From a virus: DNA of 64,000 nt. Both the position numbers and the translations under genes were made by a program. Below the pieces are notes generated by a model. That model saw nothing but the letters and a program-made list of their open reading frames with translations. It searched no databases and was not told the origin of the DNA. The stretch's first letter is position 1. Each line of letters opens with the position of its first letter. The DNA lies in IMG/VR virus record IMGVR_UViG_3300027973_000054, positions 3,189-67,188 of that record; one strand, written 5' to 3'. Positions 20,082 to 30,566 of this stretch are shown one piece after another.

Positions 20082-20948
20082 TTAAAGTAAATATGATAGT
20101 ATTTCTTTCTTATCAAAAGCTTGATCTAATTTATAATTACACTGGTGGGGTATGCCAACAAATTCTTTTTCTAATGTAATTCCATCTATATTATGAGTAA
20201 ATATATTGGCGCTATCTTTCGCTCTTATATTTTGATGTATATTATATCCTAATTTATCTGGAGATGTTCCTATCCAGCATACAACAGAAGGAAGGACTAA
20301 AGCTGCGGAGGCATGTTGACCAAATGAATCTATAAATAGTCTCTTTTGGCTTAATGTTAAAAGAGCAAAAATTTCACGCAAATTTGCACTGATTTTTTCG
20401 ACATTTTCATAATTTTGCTGATCTTGTCTTGATATATGATAAATGTGATATTTATCTTTTAAACTATTAATTATATCTTGCGTTAAAGATTGCGGGAGAT
20501 CTCTTGACCAACTATAACCAGAGCCTTCTCCTCCTCCATTTGTTTGCAAAACTAAAATAGGTTTGTTTCTATTATATTTTTTAGTGGCATCAATTATTTC
20601 TGCGTGATTCAAGAATAATCTAGGATTTTCATTAGTATATTTCAAACTAAACATATTGCACCAAGCTTCAATAAGATGTTTATTTTTGACAATATATTCA
20701 TCAGTTTGATATACTTCATTACCTAAAAATATAGTATCCTTATTTTTAATAAAATCTTCATAAAAATATTGAACTGTATTTGATCTATAAACCCTGTAAA
20801 CAAAAGGATTATTTAAAAATACTTCTGGACACGGGCAAATTACAATTAATTTTCTATCTGGATAGTTTTTACTTATATTCTCTGCTACAGCAGTAGCTGC
20901 AATATGTTTCCCTATGCCACCTTGAAGAAAAAAAATTACAGTTTTCAA
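20082..20948 (-). CDS. Glycosyltransferase, GT9/heptosyltransferase-like (GT-B)
   Basis: GGIGKHIAATAV...YPDRKL...EVFLNNP and FIDSFGQHASAALVLPSVVCW. Confidence 0.75.
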   Translation of the reverse strand: MKTVIFFLQGGIGKHIAATAVAENISKNYPDRKLIVICPCPEVFLNNPFVYRVYRSNTVQYFYEDFIKNKDTIFLGNEVYQTDEYIVKNKHLIEAWCNMFSLKYTNENPRLFLNHAEIIDATKKYNRNKPILVLQTNGGGEGSGYSWSRDLPQSLTQDIINSLKDKYHIYHISRQDQQNYENVEKISANLREIFALLTLSQKRLFIDSFGQHASAALVLPSVVCWIGTSPDKLGYNIHQNIRAKDSANIFTHNIDGITLEKEFVGIPHQCNYKLDQAFDKKEILSYLL

Positions 20949-20954
20949 TTTACT

Positions 20955-20983
20955 ATTATATTATTAAAAATCTTTTATATCTA
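20955..20983 (-). promoter_or_regulatory. Sigma70-type promoter TAGATA-N17-TATAAT
   Basis: 6 nt before TTG 20948; same architecture at 22571, 47919, 56107. Confidence 0.55.
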
Positions 20984-21701
20984 AATTATATTTTAAATCT
21001 TGTATAAAAATTTGGTCTAAAATATTTGGATTACATATTAATCTTGGTATGCTATTTTTATTAATAAAAAATGTATCATGTCCACCATATAGCTCTATAT
21101 AATTATTACTTATTAGTTTATCTTTTATAATATTTAGTTTTTCATTTTTTTGATATGATTCAAATTGGACTTTATCTACAATAATAGGTCTGTCTCCATT
21201 TAGCACAGACAAGAGAATATCATAATCTTGACCTTCTGTATCAATTTTTAAATATTCGATTTGAACAATATTATATATTTCTAAAAGATGAGATATGTTT
21301 ACTGTTTTTATAGTATCTTTTTTTAATAAATTGGATAGGTTTTTTTCAGAAAGATGTTTTAATAATTTATCGTTTGGCTTGTATAAACTTGAACATCCAA
21401 TAACCCAAGAATATAAATTATATTCAATTGCATCTTTTAAAGATACATAAAAGATATCTGCTTCGCTATTATGATTAGATATTGCACAGTTTAATTTATT
21501 AACAGTTTTTGGGCAATTTAAATTATCTAAATATTCTTTTACTGGCTCAATTGAAAAACCATAAACACCTTCTGGAACTCTATCTGCAATAGATGTCATA
21601 AATATAAAATCATGATTATATTCTTTTGTTAATTTTTGATAAGCTTCTCCTGTTCCAACGCAAGAGCCAATTTCTAAAAAGTCTAGATAATTAATGTTCA
21701 T
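20964..21701 (-). CDS. FkbM-family SAM methyltransferase
   Basis: FLEIGS, SIEPV, NCAIS, YLKIDTEGQDYDIL, VQFE motifs. Confidence 0.8.
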   Translation of the reverse strand: MNINYLDFLEIGSCVGTGEAYQKLTKEYNHDFIFMTSIADRVPEGVYGFSIEPVKEYLDNLNCPKTVNKLNCAISNHNSEADIFYVSLKDAIEYNLYSWVIGCSSLYKPNDKLLKHLSEKNLSNLLKKDTIKTVNISHLLEIYNIVQIEYLKIDTEGQDYDILLSVLNGDRPIIVDKVQFESYQKNEKLNIIKDKLISNNYIELYGGHDTFFINKNSIPRLICNPNILDQIFIQDLKYNLDIKDF

Positions 21702-22564
21702 TTTAATTTTAAATTTAAAAATGTTTTATATTCATCTGGAAATTCTAAAGAAAATCTTTCTTCTAAATTTGTTATGTATTTTGGATTATTTTTATCTTCT
21801 ATAAGATGCACGTATCCTTGTATTGTAAGTTCTCCTTTTTCTTCTTTTGCAATTTGTTCTTTTGATAATAAATAATTAGTTTGATGGTTATTATGAGAAT
21901 TTATGAAACAATTCAAATAGTACTGCTCATAAAGTAATGGGTACGTTATATATGTAACTTTAATTATATTTTCTAATTCATTTTTTAATTTAAAAAGAAA
22001 GTCTTCGTTTATATTTATAAAGTGTTTATAGCAATTATCATGAAATATTCTTGCAAGATTTGGATCTTTAAAATACATAATTCCACAATTAACTGCGCTT
22101 TTTAAATTATTTTTCCATTCTTTTGGCTTATCTAAAGAATTACTATCATAATAATTTATTAATTTAGAGTAAGTTCTATCATAATATGTTGTTTCTAAGT
22201 TTTGAAAAGCAAAATCTCCAGAAAACAAATCGCTCGACAATCTTCTAAATATAAAAATATCGCCATCAAGGTGAACAAATGGTTCATTTTGAAGTGTTAG
22301 TGAATATATTTTGGGATATGCCCAAAAAAGATAAGAATCTAATTCTTGAAATTGATTTAATGTATTATTTACTTTTATTTTATCAGACTCAAAATGTTCA
22401 AATATATCGTAACCATAATTATCGGTATTCATCTCTACTTTTTCAAACCATTTACTTGACCATAGCATAGAGTAAATGAACATTAAAGCGAAGCTTCTTT
22501 CGCTTTTGCATCTAGAGATGTTTTCTCTTAAAGGTTTTGACCAAAAAGTATATAAAGCCTTCAA
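21698..22564 (-). CDS. Putative GT-A-like nucleotide-sugar transferase (DUF6734-like)
   Basis: FWAYPKIYSL..QNEPFVHLDGDIF (DxD), VNCGIM, EQYYL. Confidence 0.6.
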   Translation of the reverse strand: MKALYTFWSKPLRENISRCKSERSFALMFIYSMLWSSKWFEKVEMNTDNYGYDIFEHFESDKIKVNNTLNQFQELDSYLFWAYPKIYSLTLQNEPFVHLDGDIFIFRRLSSDLFSGDFAFQNLETTYYDRTYSKLINYYDSNSLDKPKEWKNNLKSAVNCGIMYFKDPNLARIFHDNCYKHFININEDFLFKLKNELENIIKVTYITYPLLYEQYYLNCFINSHNNHQTNYLLSKEQIAKEEKGELTIQGYVHLIEDKNNPKYITNLEERFSLEFPDEYKTFLNLKLK

Positions 22565-22570
22565 TATATT

Positions 22571-22599
22571 ATTATATATAATATAATATATTTTATCTA
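22571..22599 (-). promoter_or_regulatory. Sigma70-type promoter TAGATA-N17-TATAAT
   Basis: 6 nt before TTG 22564. Confidence 0.55.
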
Positions 22600-22712
22600 A
22601 TGTCGTTACATACCCAACGGAGTCAAAATTTTTCCATTAATTTGTTAACGGGGCTTAATAGATATTACATTATATAATATTAAAAATTACCAATAACCTA
22701 AAGCTAATTTAA

Positions 22713-23240
22713 TTAAAAACCATTAGTCGCAGGATTATAATAATAATAGCCTAAACCATTTGTTCTTTTTGTTATTGTTTCTGTTGAGAAATTGACTGTT
22801 ACAAAATCTCCACCAGCGTTTTCTCCAAATTGCACTCTAATAGGGTAATAAGTTCCAGCAACTAAACTTACTGGAGATGATGTGACTTCTACTGATCCAT
22901 GAAGTCCACCATTATTTACTGTGGCATTTGCGGTCGTAAAACCAGCAATAGCATTATTTCCAATCCAAAGATAACTTGCATCATCTGAAGTTGTATAAAA
23001 AGTATAATTTTCAGTTGAGCTTGCTTTGAAATACCCAAGCCATTGCCAACTATAAAGATCTGCGCTACTACTAAAATTATTTATTTGAGTTAACTGATTA
23101 ACATTACCTTGAAGAGTTGCTGTATCGAACCAAGTTACAACATCATTAAAATATCCAACATATCTTTTTCCATATATTCCATTATTATAAATTTTTGGAA
23201 TAGAAATTAGTCCAACTTGAATCGATGGAAATATTATCAT
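22713..23240 (-). CDS. PA14-domain carbohydrate-binding protein
   Basis: YSWQWLGYF...YTFYTTSDDASYLWI...NNGGLHG...LVAGTYYPIRVQFGENAGG. Confidence 0.85.
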   Translation of the reverse strand: MIIFPSIQVGLISIPKIYNNGIYGKRYVGYFNDVVTWFDTATLQGNVNQLTQINNFSSSADLYSWQWLGYFKASSTENYTFYTTSDDASYLWIGNNAIAGFTTANATVNNGGLHGSVEVTSSPVSLVAGTYYPIRVQFGENAGGDFVTVNFSTETITKRTNGLGYYYYNPATNGF

Positions 23241-25342
23241 GCAGCTGTATTTCCATACATTGTATAACCATTGTTTCCAGTATGTAATAATGAAATCGCA
23301 GCAAATTGGCCCGCTGTTCTATATTGATTATTATAAGAACCGATTGTTATTCCAACACCACTTCCTGTTATAAATATTTTACCCTGACCTATTTGAGTTA
23401 TCCCTGCATTAAAACCAAGAGCATTACCGCTAACTATTTGCCCTGTTACTTCAGTTGTTGAATTTACCATAACCATTCTACTATTATAATCTCCAGAGAT
23501 ATTAAAATTAGATGAGATGTTGATTATCTGTGGAGTAGCATTAATTAAATTAGAATTATTTAAATCTAAACCAGAAGTTATAAATCTTGCTGTAATATTG
23601 GAAGCCGTGGTTCCTCCAACATGAAACTCTATGTTTGTATTCGCTGTTTGAGTGCCAATGTCCAAACTTCCACCGTTAATGAATAAGTAACCATCTAGTC
23701 CACTTCCATTACTAAATGTTGGATCACTATATCCAGAGTTATTTATTCCAAGATTAATAAAATTACTATTATCTGTACCATTGTTTGCTGTAATAACCAA
23801 ATCTGCTGTAGCTGTTGTTCCAGTGGCTCTATTTTGTATATTAACTTGTATATAAGTATTTCCACTACCAACTACAGATAATGGATTATTTGGCAGAGTA
23901 AAAGGGCTTGCATTTTGAAAAGAAAATACTCCAGAATTTGCTGTCAGACCATTAATTGCATTAACAGGGGAGTTAAATATTAATGATCCATATATTTGTG
24001 GTGAAGCAAAATATACACCGCTTGCAAAGTCTAATGTAAGAGTATGCGCTCCACTCGAATTGTGAACACGATCTTGTCCATCACCTAATAAGGCCGCACC
24101 CGTATGAAATTGTTGTATTGTAGCTCGTCTTCCGCCACCAATATAACTATAAGTAGCTGATGTAAGTATACAATTGATTTCTCCTCCTCCTATTGTAGAA
24201 AAAGATGAACATATCAAATTGTTACATCCACCTCCTATTATAGAACAAGCTGCATTACAAATGCGATTAAATTGACCACCGCCTATAGTAGAAGCGTATG
24301 TGCTTGCGGATGAAGCAGTTATTGCATTGCTACATCCACCACCTATAGTAGAAAAAGGTAGAGAAGCCGTGGCGCCATCTCCAATACGATTACTAATACC
24401 ACCACCAATAAATGAGTAGTCGGTAAGTGATAGATTTCCAGCTATTGTATTAGCGCTGCCGCCTGCTATTGATGAACCAACGCTACAAGCATAATTTCCA
24501 CATCCACCCGCTACCGTAGAATTAGGGCCAGCAGTACAATTTTGGCATCCTCCACCTATAAAAGAAGTCGCGCCAAAAGCGAAATTAGCACGCCCTCCAC
24601 CAATTGTAGCATCGTTACAAGCTGTATTAAGACATCCTCCACCTATTGTAGCGCCATAAAGCGCACCTGCAGATACAGTATTTTGAAATCCACCACCAAT
24701 AAATGAAAAGCCATTGCTGCCAGCAGCAATAAAATTGCTCCTTCCACCACCAATAAATGAAAAATTACCACTAACTCTGTTGCCTTGTCCACCACCAATT
24801 ACAGAATGATTTGCAGTAATAATATTACCACTACCACCTGCCATTGTTAACCAAAGTCCAGAGATATTATTATTTAAACCAAAAATTCCTGTTTGTGCAA
24901 CTACCGTTCCTGTTATATTTAAATTACCAATTATATTTGTATTATCAAAAATATTAAGAACACCAGAAGCATTAATATTTATGTTATTGCCTGTGATTAG
25001 CACATCTCTTAAAATTCCACTTTGAGATTGTTGAGGACCAATTACGAATTGATTGTTTATCCATCCAATTAATCCAAATTCGCCGCTATTAGTTCCTGTG
25101 CTATTAAATATTCTTAAAGATTGAGGACTTGTACCGCTATAAATATCTATGCCAGAGGTGAATGTTTTTAAACCATTTATAGTTTGATTTCCAGTATTAT
25201 AAACCAAATTAGAAGCAATTACTGGAAAATTAGAGTCAATATTAAGATTTCTTACAAATATACCAGAAACATCATCTTTAAGATAAAATCTTTGACCAGA
25301 TGATATTCCTGTATTTGAGAAATGAAATACTTTATTGCTCAT
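23237..25342 (-). CDS. Tail fibre/spike with IGGGxxN beta-roll repeats
   Basis: About 15 (S/T/F)IGGG(C)xN repeats; NLVYNTGNQTI.G.KTF fibre motif. Confidence 0.7.
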   Translation of the reverse strand: MSNKVFHFSNTGISSGQRFYLKDDVSGIFVRNLNIDSNFPVIASNLVYNTGNQTINGLKTFTSGIDIYSGTSPQSLRIFNSTGTNSGEFGLIGWINNQFVIGPQQSQSGILRDVLITGNNININASGVLNIFDNTNIIGNLNITGTVVAQTGIFGLNNNISGLWLTMAGGSGNIITANHSVIGGGQGNRVSGNFSFIGGGRSNFIAAGSNGFSFIGGGFQNTVSAGALYGATIGGGCLNTACNDATIGGGRANFAFGATSFIGGGCQNCTAGPNSTVAGGCGNYACSVGSSIAGGSANTIAGNLSLTDYSFIGGGISNRIGDGATASLPFSTIGGGCSNAITASSASTYASTIGGGQFNRICNAACSIIGGGCNNLICSSFSTIGGGEINCILTSATYSYIGGGRRATIQQFHTGAALLGDGQDRVHNSSGAHTLTLDFASGVYFASPQIYGSLIFNSPVNAINGLTANSGVFSFQNASPFTLPNNPLSVVGSGNTYIQVNIQNRATGTTATADLVITANNGTDNSNFINLGINNSGYSDPTFSNGSGLDGYLFINGGSLDIGTQTANTNIEFHVGGTTASNITARFITSGLDLNNSNLINATPQIINISSNFNISGDYNSRMVMVNSTTEVTGQIVSGNALGFNAGITQIGQGKIFITGSGVGITIGSYNNQYRTAGQFAAISLLHTGNNGYTMYGNTAA

Positions 25343-25343
25343 C

Positions 25344-25607
25344 TTAATATCTTATTTGTTTATGTTCTCCACTTTTGTCTCTATAGTTTAAAATGCCATT
25401 AAGAGAAGTTAAATTATAAACATCAAAGCTAATTAAAGTTTCATAATCTTTTAGGTTTGCTGTTATACTATTATAATGGTTTTCTAAAGTAGTTGATTCT
25501 TCAGCAGAAGGCTCAATTTCTTCTCTTTTGGGTTTATTGTCTTCGCCCTTAAGAATATTTATTTTCTTAAAGGGTTGATTTTTTTCTGTTTTTATGTATG
25601 TTGTCAT
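25344..25607 (-). CDS. Hypothetical protein (possible fibre chaperone)
   Basis: 87-aa ORF with AAGGAAG SD between fibre genes. Confidence 0.55.
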   Translation of the reverse strand: MTTYIKTEKNQPFKKINILKGEDNKPKREEIEPSAEESTTLENHYNSITANLKDYETLISFDVYNLTSLNGILNYRDKSGEHKQIRY

Positions 25608-25625
25608 ATGTTCTTCCTTTGTATA

Positions 25626-27023
25626 TTATAGGTTAAATGAACCAATTCCTCCAAAGCAATCTTTTAAAATTCCACGAATAGTGCCACTACCAGCACCATC
25701 AGAACCAGCAAATGAAAAATTTCCACCAGTACAATTTGTTAAAGTTCCACTAATCGTGCCGCCATTATTACCACCAGCAAAAGAATAATTTCCACCATTA
25801 CAATCTTTAAGAATTCCATTTATAATACCACCACCACCACCACCATCATTACCAGCAAACGAAAAATTTCCACCAGTGCAATTTGTTAAAACTGCTGTAG
25901 AAGTAATCGTTCCACCATATCCGCCAAATGAATAACTTCCACCAGTGCAATTTGTGAAAGTTCCACTTGCAGTTCCACTAGCACCACCAAATGCGCCATA
26001 TCCTCCAGTACAATTTGTAAAAGTTCCACTTGCAGTTACACCACCACCAAATGAATAAGTTCCACCAGTGCAATTTGTGAAAGTTCCATTTGCAGTTCCA
26101 CCATCTCCACCAAATGCGCCATATCCTCCAGTACAATTTGTAAAAGTTCCACCTGCAGCGAAACTACCGCCAAATGAATAACTTCCACCAGTGCAATTTG
26201 TGAAAGTTCCACTTGCATTTCCAAATCCGCCAAATGAATTATCTCCACCAGAGCAACCTATAAAATTTCCACCTGCAATTCCACCTCCGCCAAATGACTC
26301 AACTCCACCAGAGCAACCTGTAAAAGTTCCACTTGCATTTCCACTATTTCCGCCAAATGAATAACTTCCACCAGTGCAATTTGTAAAAGTACCGCCTGCA
26401 GATCCTCCAACACCTCCGCCAAATGAATAAGTTCCACCAGTGCAATTTGTGAAAGTTCCACTTGCAGTTCCACCAGCACCACCAAATGAATAGTCTCCAC
26501 CAGTGCAATCTTTAAAAGTTCCACTATACTCCATTGCCATTCTCATACTCCAAACATAACTTGAATTAGAAGTAAATAATACATTTTCTATATATGTTAA
26601 ATTCAAATTAGTATTTGGAAAATAAGCAGCTGGGTCAGTACTATCGTAAAAGGGGGAATAAGTTGTATTACTATTTTCTATTGTTAAATTATATAGTTTA
26701 ACATCATTTGCTGTTTGTTGTACTGTTCCTCGATCTGGTTCACCAACATCACTTGTAATATAATGCTTGCTTCTATCTGAAGTAGAGCCAACTATATCTA
26801 CATATTGAGTATCAAGAATTAAACTTTGAGTTCCAAGATCATATTTTGCTGCTGGTAAAATAACAGCTAATCTATTAGAAGTTGACAAAGCAGCGCCGTT
26901 AGGTGATCTTGTTTTTGCAAGAGCGTAAGCTGCTAAAAGATTATTGCCATTAACTATAGCATTATCTGTTACTTTAACAGTAACATAATTGGCGCTATTT
27001 AATTTATTTAATAAATCAGCCAT
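25626..27023 (-). CDS. Gly/Cys-rich beta-helix repeat protein (probable spike/adhesin)
   Basis: About 14 copies of a 20-21-aa GTFTNCTGGxYSFGG unit. Confidence 0.65.
   Translation of the reverse strand: MADLLNKLNSANYVTVKVTDNAIVNGNNLLAAYALAKTRSPNGAALSTSNRLAVILPAAKYDLGTQSLILDTQYVDIVGSTSDRSKHYITSDVGEPDRGTVQQTANDVKLYNLTIENSNTTYSPFYDSTDPAAYFPNTNLNLTYIENVLFTSNSSYVWSMRMAMEYSGTFKDCTGGDYSFGGAGGTASGTFTNCTGGTYSFGGGVGGSAGGTFTNCTGGSYSFGGNSGNASGTFTGCSGGVESFGGGGIAGGNFIGCSGGDNSFGGFGNASGTFTNCTGGSYSFGGSFAAGGTFTNCTGGYGAFGGDGGTANGTFTNCTGGTYSFGGGVTASGTFTNCTGGYGAFGGASGTASGTFTNCTGGSYSFGGYGGTITSTAVLTNCTGGNFSFAGNDGGGGGGIINGILKDCNGGNYSFAGGNNGGTISGTLTNCTGGNFSFAGSDGAGSGTIRGILKDCFGGIGSFNL
25690..26525. repeat. Intragenic 60-66-bp tandem repeats
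   Basis: 51 bp identical at 25921-25971 and 26167-26217; about 45 bp identical near 25985 and 26108. Confidence 0.85.
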
Positions 27024-27024
27024 T

Positions 27025-29232
27025 TTAACTTACTCCATTATCTGCACTAAGGGTTACCCAACCTGTATAACCTACATTATTTACACCCAAGAGTTGCAAG
27101 CTCTCGTTCTTATAAACGTTAATATTATAGAATCCATCTATTGTTCTTTGACCAGATCCTGTTATTAACAATATCCCAGTATTTAAATTTTTAACATAAT
27201 AATTAATACCAGAAGTTATGCCACTAGGCAAAGTGCCTGTTATGTTATTTGAACTATTAACAATATTTATATAAGTATTACCAAAAGTAAAATTACTATT
27301 AACATAATTATAAGATGATAATTTCTTATTTGTTATTTCGAGACTATTAAAAGAACCTGTATTAGTAAAAGTTTTGACTCCATTTATTGTTTGATTACCA
27401 GTATTATATACTAAATTATCACCTAAAATATTTCCAACTACTTGTAATTTTTCAGATGGAGTATTTGTGCCAATTCCGATGTTGTCACCTGTCCAAGTTA
27501 AAACTGGGTTTTGATTTTGATTAGCTAAATATCTTTCGTTCCAATAAATAGATAGATGACTATTTGCGTCTCTAAGTTGTCTGGTATCCCAAAGAACAGA
27601 AAGAACCTGATTATTATCGAATAAAGAAGATTCTTCTGTACTTAACAATATGATATTACTATCAGCTCGTCTTATAAAAACAAAACCGTCTTCAGTACTA
27701 AGATAATGATTACTTCCTATTCTATTATTTCCACCGCTAAGCAGCATATCACCATAAAAACTCTTATTTCCATTGATATTTTGATTTCCAGTAGTGAAAA
27801 CAATATTACTATTTGCAGAATTTATGTAACCACTAAGATTGTTTATTCTGGTATTTAAAATCGAACCAGTAGAACCTAAATTAATTGCTGAAGCAGACCA
27901 TCCGCTAAGTGAGTTAATTTTACTATCTAGAGTGCTTCCAGTTGAAGCGAGATTTAAAGCTGAAGCTGACCAACCACTTAAGCTATTTATTTTATTATCT
28001 AATCTACTACCTGTATTGAAAGTTTGACCGCTAAAAATAATATCTTGACTATTAACGTATCCGCTAAGTGAATTAATCTTACTATCTAATATAGATCCTG
28101 TAGACGCTAGACTTATTGGTAATGTTCCAAATATACCAGTTATCCCTGTAACATACCCGCTTAAAGAATTAATTTTATTATCAAGAATTGAACCAGTTGA
28201 AGCTGCTTGACCACTAAATATAATGTCCTGAGAATTAATATAACCGCTTAAAACGTTGATTTTATTGTCTAGTCTGCTGCCCGTATTGAAAGTTTGTCCA
28301 CTAAATATAGTATCTTGAGAATTTACATAGCCACTCAGTGAATTTATTTTATTGTCTAAGATCGAACCTGTAGCAAATAATTGGGAATCACTTGCAAAGT
28401 TAGCATCTAAGTTTCCAGTATATCCCGTAAATAGACCACTTAATGAAAGTATACTATTGTATAAACTAGAACCTGTAGAAGCTATCTGGCCGCTAAAGAT
28501 AATATCTTGTGAGTTGACATAACCGCTAAGTGAATTGATCTTATTATCTAGCCTGCTTCCAGTGTTGAAAGCTTGACCGCTGAATATTAAGTCTTGAGAG
28601 TTTACGTAACCACTAAGAGAATTAATTTTGTTGTCTAAAATTGAACCTGTTGATGCTAGGCTTATTGGTAATGTTCCAAACGTGCCTGTGATTCCTGTGA
28701 CGTAACCGCTGAGTGAATTAATTTTGTTGTCTAAAGTCGAACCTGTGACAAATAAATTGCTAGTTGTAGCAAAAGGTCCTATTCCTGTAAAGACTTGATT
28801 ACCACTTATAAAAATATTTCCACTAACAAGTAAATTTCCTCCTACATATAATTTAGTTGTGCCAGTATTTGGAACTGCGCCTAATCCTAAAGAATTTCCA
28901 CTTAATACAAAATCATTTCTATTAAAAGCTCCCATGACAACAGTATTGTCATCAAAAGCTTCTATGATTGGAAGTCCAGCTATATCATTCACGCTAAAAA
29001 GAGATCCAGAAAGATTATCTGTTACAGAAAATAAACGACCATTTGTTCCATCTATTGTGAATCTGTCTACTCCAGAAGATGGATTCGTATTATAACTTAA
29101 TAAATTAATTGCCCCGAAATTATCATAAGTCATTCTAAGACCACTTAAATTAGTATCAAAAACAGAGCTTCCAGCTATGCCAGTGTTGAATTCAAGTATT
29201 CCAGAGTTTGGGTTAATTAATATGTTAGGCAT
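27025..29232 (-). CDS. Tail fibre protein with coiled-coil repeats
   Basis: About 11 TGSxLDNKINSLSG repeats, NIGIGTNTPSEKLQVVGNI and TGNQTINGVKTF fibre motifs. Confidence 0.75.
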   Translation of the reverse strand: MPNILINPNSGILEFNTGIAGSSVFDTNLSGLRMTYDNFGAINLLSYNTNPSSGVDRFTIDGTNGRLFSVTDNLSGSLFSVNDIAGLPIIEAFDDNTVVMGAFNRNDFVLSGNSLGLGAVPNTGTTKLYVGGNLLVSGNIFISGNQVFTGIGPFATTSNLFVTGSTLDNKINSLSGYVTGITGTFGTLPISLASTGSILDNKINSLSGYVNSQDLIFSGQAFNTGSRLDNKINSLSGYVNSQDIIFSGQIASTGSSLYNSILSLSGLFTGYTGNLDANFASDSQLFATGSILDNKINSLSGYVNSQDTIFSGQTFNTGSRLDNKINVLSGYINSQDIIFSGQAASTGSILDNKINSLSGYVTGITGIFGTLPISLASTGSILDSKINSLSGYVNSQDIIFSGQTFNTGSRLDNKINSLSGWSASALNLASTGSTLDSKINSLSGWSASAINLGSTGSILNTRINNLSGYINSANSNIVFTTGNQNINGNKSFYGDMLLSGGNNRIGSNHYLSTEDGFVFIRRADSNIILLSTEESSLFDNNQVLSVLWDTRQLRDANSHLSIYWNERYLANQNQNPVLTWTGDNIGIGTNTPSEKLQVVGNILGDNLVYNTGNQTINGVKTFTNTGSFNSLEITNKKLSSYNYVNSNFTFGNTYINIVNSSNNITGTLPSGITSGINYYVKNLNTGILLITGSGQRTIDGFYNINVYKNESLQLLGVNNVGYTGWVTLSADNGVS

Positions 29233-29240
29233 ATAGATAA

Positions 29241-29247
29241 ATTACAC
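29241..29247 (-). promoter_or_regulatory. GTGTAAT putative late promoter
   Basis: Directly after upstream TAA, 8 nt before ATG. Confidence 0.7.
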
Positions 29248-29922
29248 TTATGTTAATAAAAACCTTCCTTTTAAAACTTTATAGTTTTGAAGGATTTCAT
29301 TTGCAGATAATGCGCGATTGTATATTTTTGCTTGCGATATTCTACCGCTAAAAGGTTCTGGCCCGTTACCGTAAGATCCTATAATTATTTTTTCTAAACT
29401 AGTTCCTAAAGCTCCACCAAGAGAAATTGAAGAGATGAGGGTCCCATTCAAATATAATGATATATTTCCATTAGATACTACTGCAAGAGTTGCATTATAC
29501 CATCTATTTAAACTTATTATAGATGATGTGCTAATATTGTTTAAATTCCAACTAGATCCATTTGAACTTGAGAGTGTTTCAAGAGTACCATTATTTATTC
29601 TATATTTACAAATTAATTCTTTTGCTATTAATGTTCTAATACCAGTTATATTGTTAGGATTAAACCATAAATCATATGTTAGATTAGTAATATTATCAAA
29701 ATTGGAAGTTGGACAATAGACGTTATCATCTGTTCCATCAAGAACTATACAGCCACCATTGTTATTTGAAAATGTTGGTCCATTCCTTAAAGTACAATCG
29801 TTATTTTGTCCACTTAAATCTCTATAAATACTTCCACTTCCAGAATAGCTTTGTTTGTCTGCTGCATCAAGGCAAAGAACTAAACCATTTCTAACTAAAA
29901 CTGGTCCACCAGCGCAACTCAT
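29248..29922 (-). CDS. LamG/concanavalin A-like lectin protein
   Basis: GLVLCLDAA..SYSGSG...LYLNG...FSGRI...YNRALSANEILQNY. Confidence 0.8.
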   Translation of the reverse strand: MSCAGGPVLVRNGLVLCLDAADKQSYSGSGSIYRDLSGQNNDCTLRNGPTFSNNNGGCIVLDGTDDNVYCPTSNFDNITNLTYDLWFNPNNITGIRTLIAKELICKYRINNGTLETLSSSNGSSWNLNNISTSSIISLNRWYNATLAVVSNGNISLYLNGTLISSISLGGALGTSLEKIIIGSYGNGPEPFSGRISQAKIYNRALSANEILQNYKVLKGRFLLT

Positions 29923-30566
29923 AATTTAAATCTTCCTTTTAGGGCATTATAGTTTTGTAAAACTTCTGCTTGAGTTAAAACACGATTATAAGCTGTTATA
30001 TGAGAAAGAGCAACATTAACTGCCTCACTATTATTAAATCTGGAAAAAAAACTTATTGTACAGTTGTAGTTTGCATTGTTTACTATTGTGACATTTCTCC
30101 ACCTATTCACAGATAACAATCCAGAAGAAGCCCCTATTAAATTATTGAGCACCTTGCCTGTAGATATGTCAATGCCATTTTCATAGACTGTTGATGCGTC
30201 CCATCCTCCTGCCCCTGGTCCAAACCCTCCTTGCCAAATATACCCACTGCTCATACCATTTCTTGCATCCAGAAGATAAGCTGAACTCCATCCATCATTT
30301 CTTCTATTGTACCATATACTAATGGTTCTTAAATTTATAGTATTACTCTGTACAAGATTAGATACTGGACTACTAGTACTTGTAAAAAGAAGACTTGTTG
30401 CTCCTTCTATATTTGTTAAAGAATATGTTCCATTTAATGTGCCATTTTTATTATTACCAGATATATCGCGAATTATGCTTCCACCAGTATATGATTTAGA
30501 ATTAATTGGATCAAAACAAAATTCTAATCCATTTGTTACTATTTTAGGAGAATGATGAAAGCTCAT
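29919..30566 (-). CDS. LamG/concanavalin A-like lectin protein
   Basis: PKIVTNGL...YNRVLTQAEVLQNYNALKGRF. Confidence 0.75.
   Translation of the reverse strand: MSFHHSPKIVTNGLEFCFDPINSKSYTGGSIIRDISGNNKNGTLNGTYSLTNIEGATSLLFTSTSSPVSNLVQSNTINLRTISIWYNRRNDGWSSAYLLDARNGMSSGYIWQGGFGPGAGGWDASTVYENGIDISTGKVLNNLIGASSGLLSVNRWRNVTIVNNANYNCTISFFSRFNNSEAVNVALSHITAYNRVLTQAEVLQNYNALKGRFKL

Noticed and set aside
20136-20142. GTGTAAT inside the GT9 gene (and GTGTAAA/C at 8718, 20031, 26035, 27080, 32780)
   Set aside because: Explained by coding sequence, with no suitably placed start; treated as background
22600-22712. Intergenic gap as an ncRNA or gene
   Set aside because: No convincing structure and only very short reading frames
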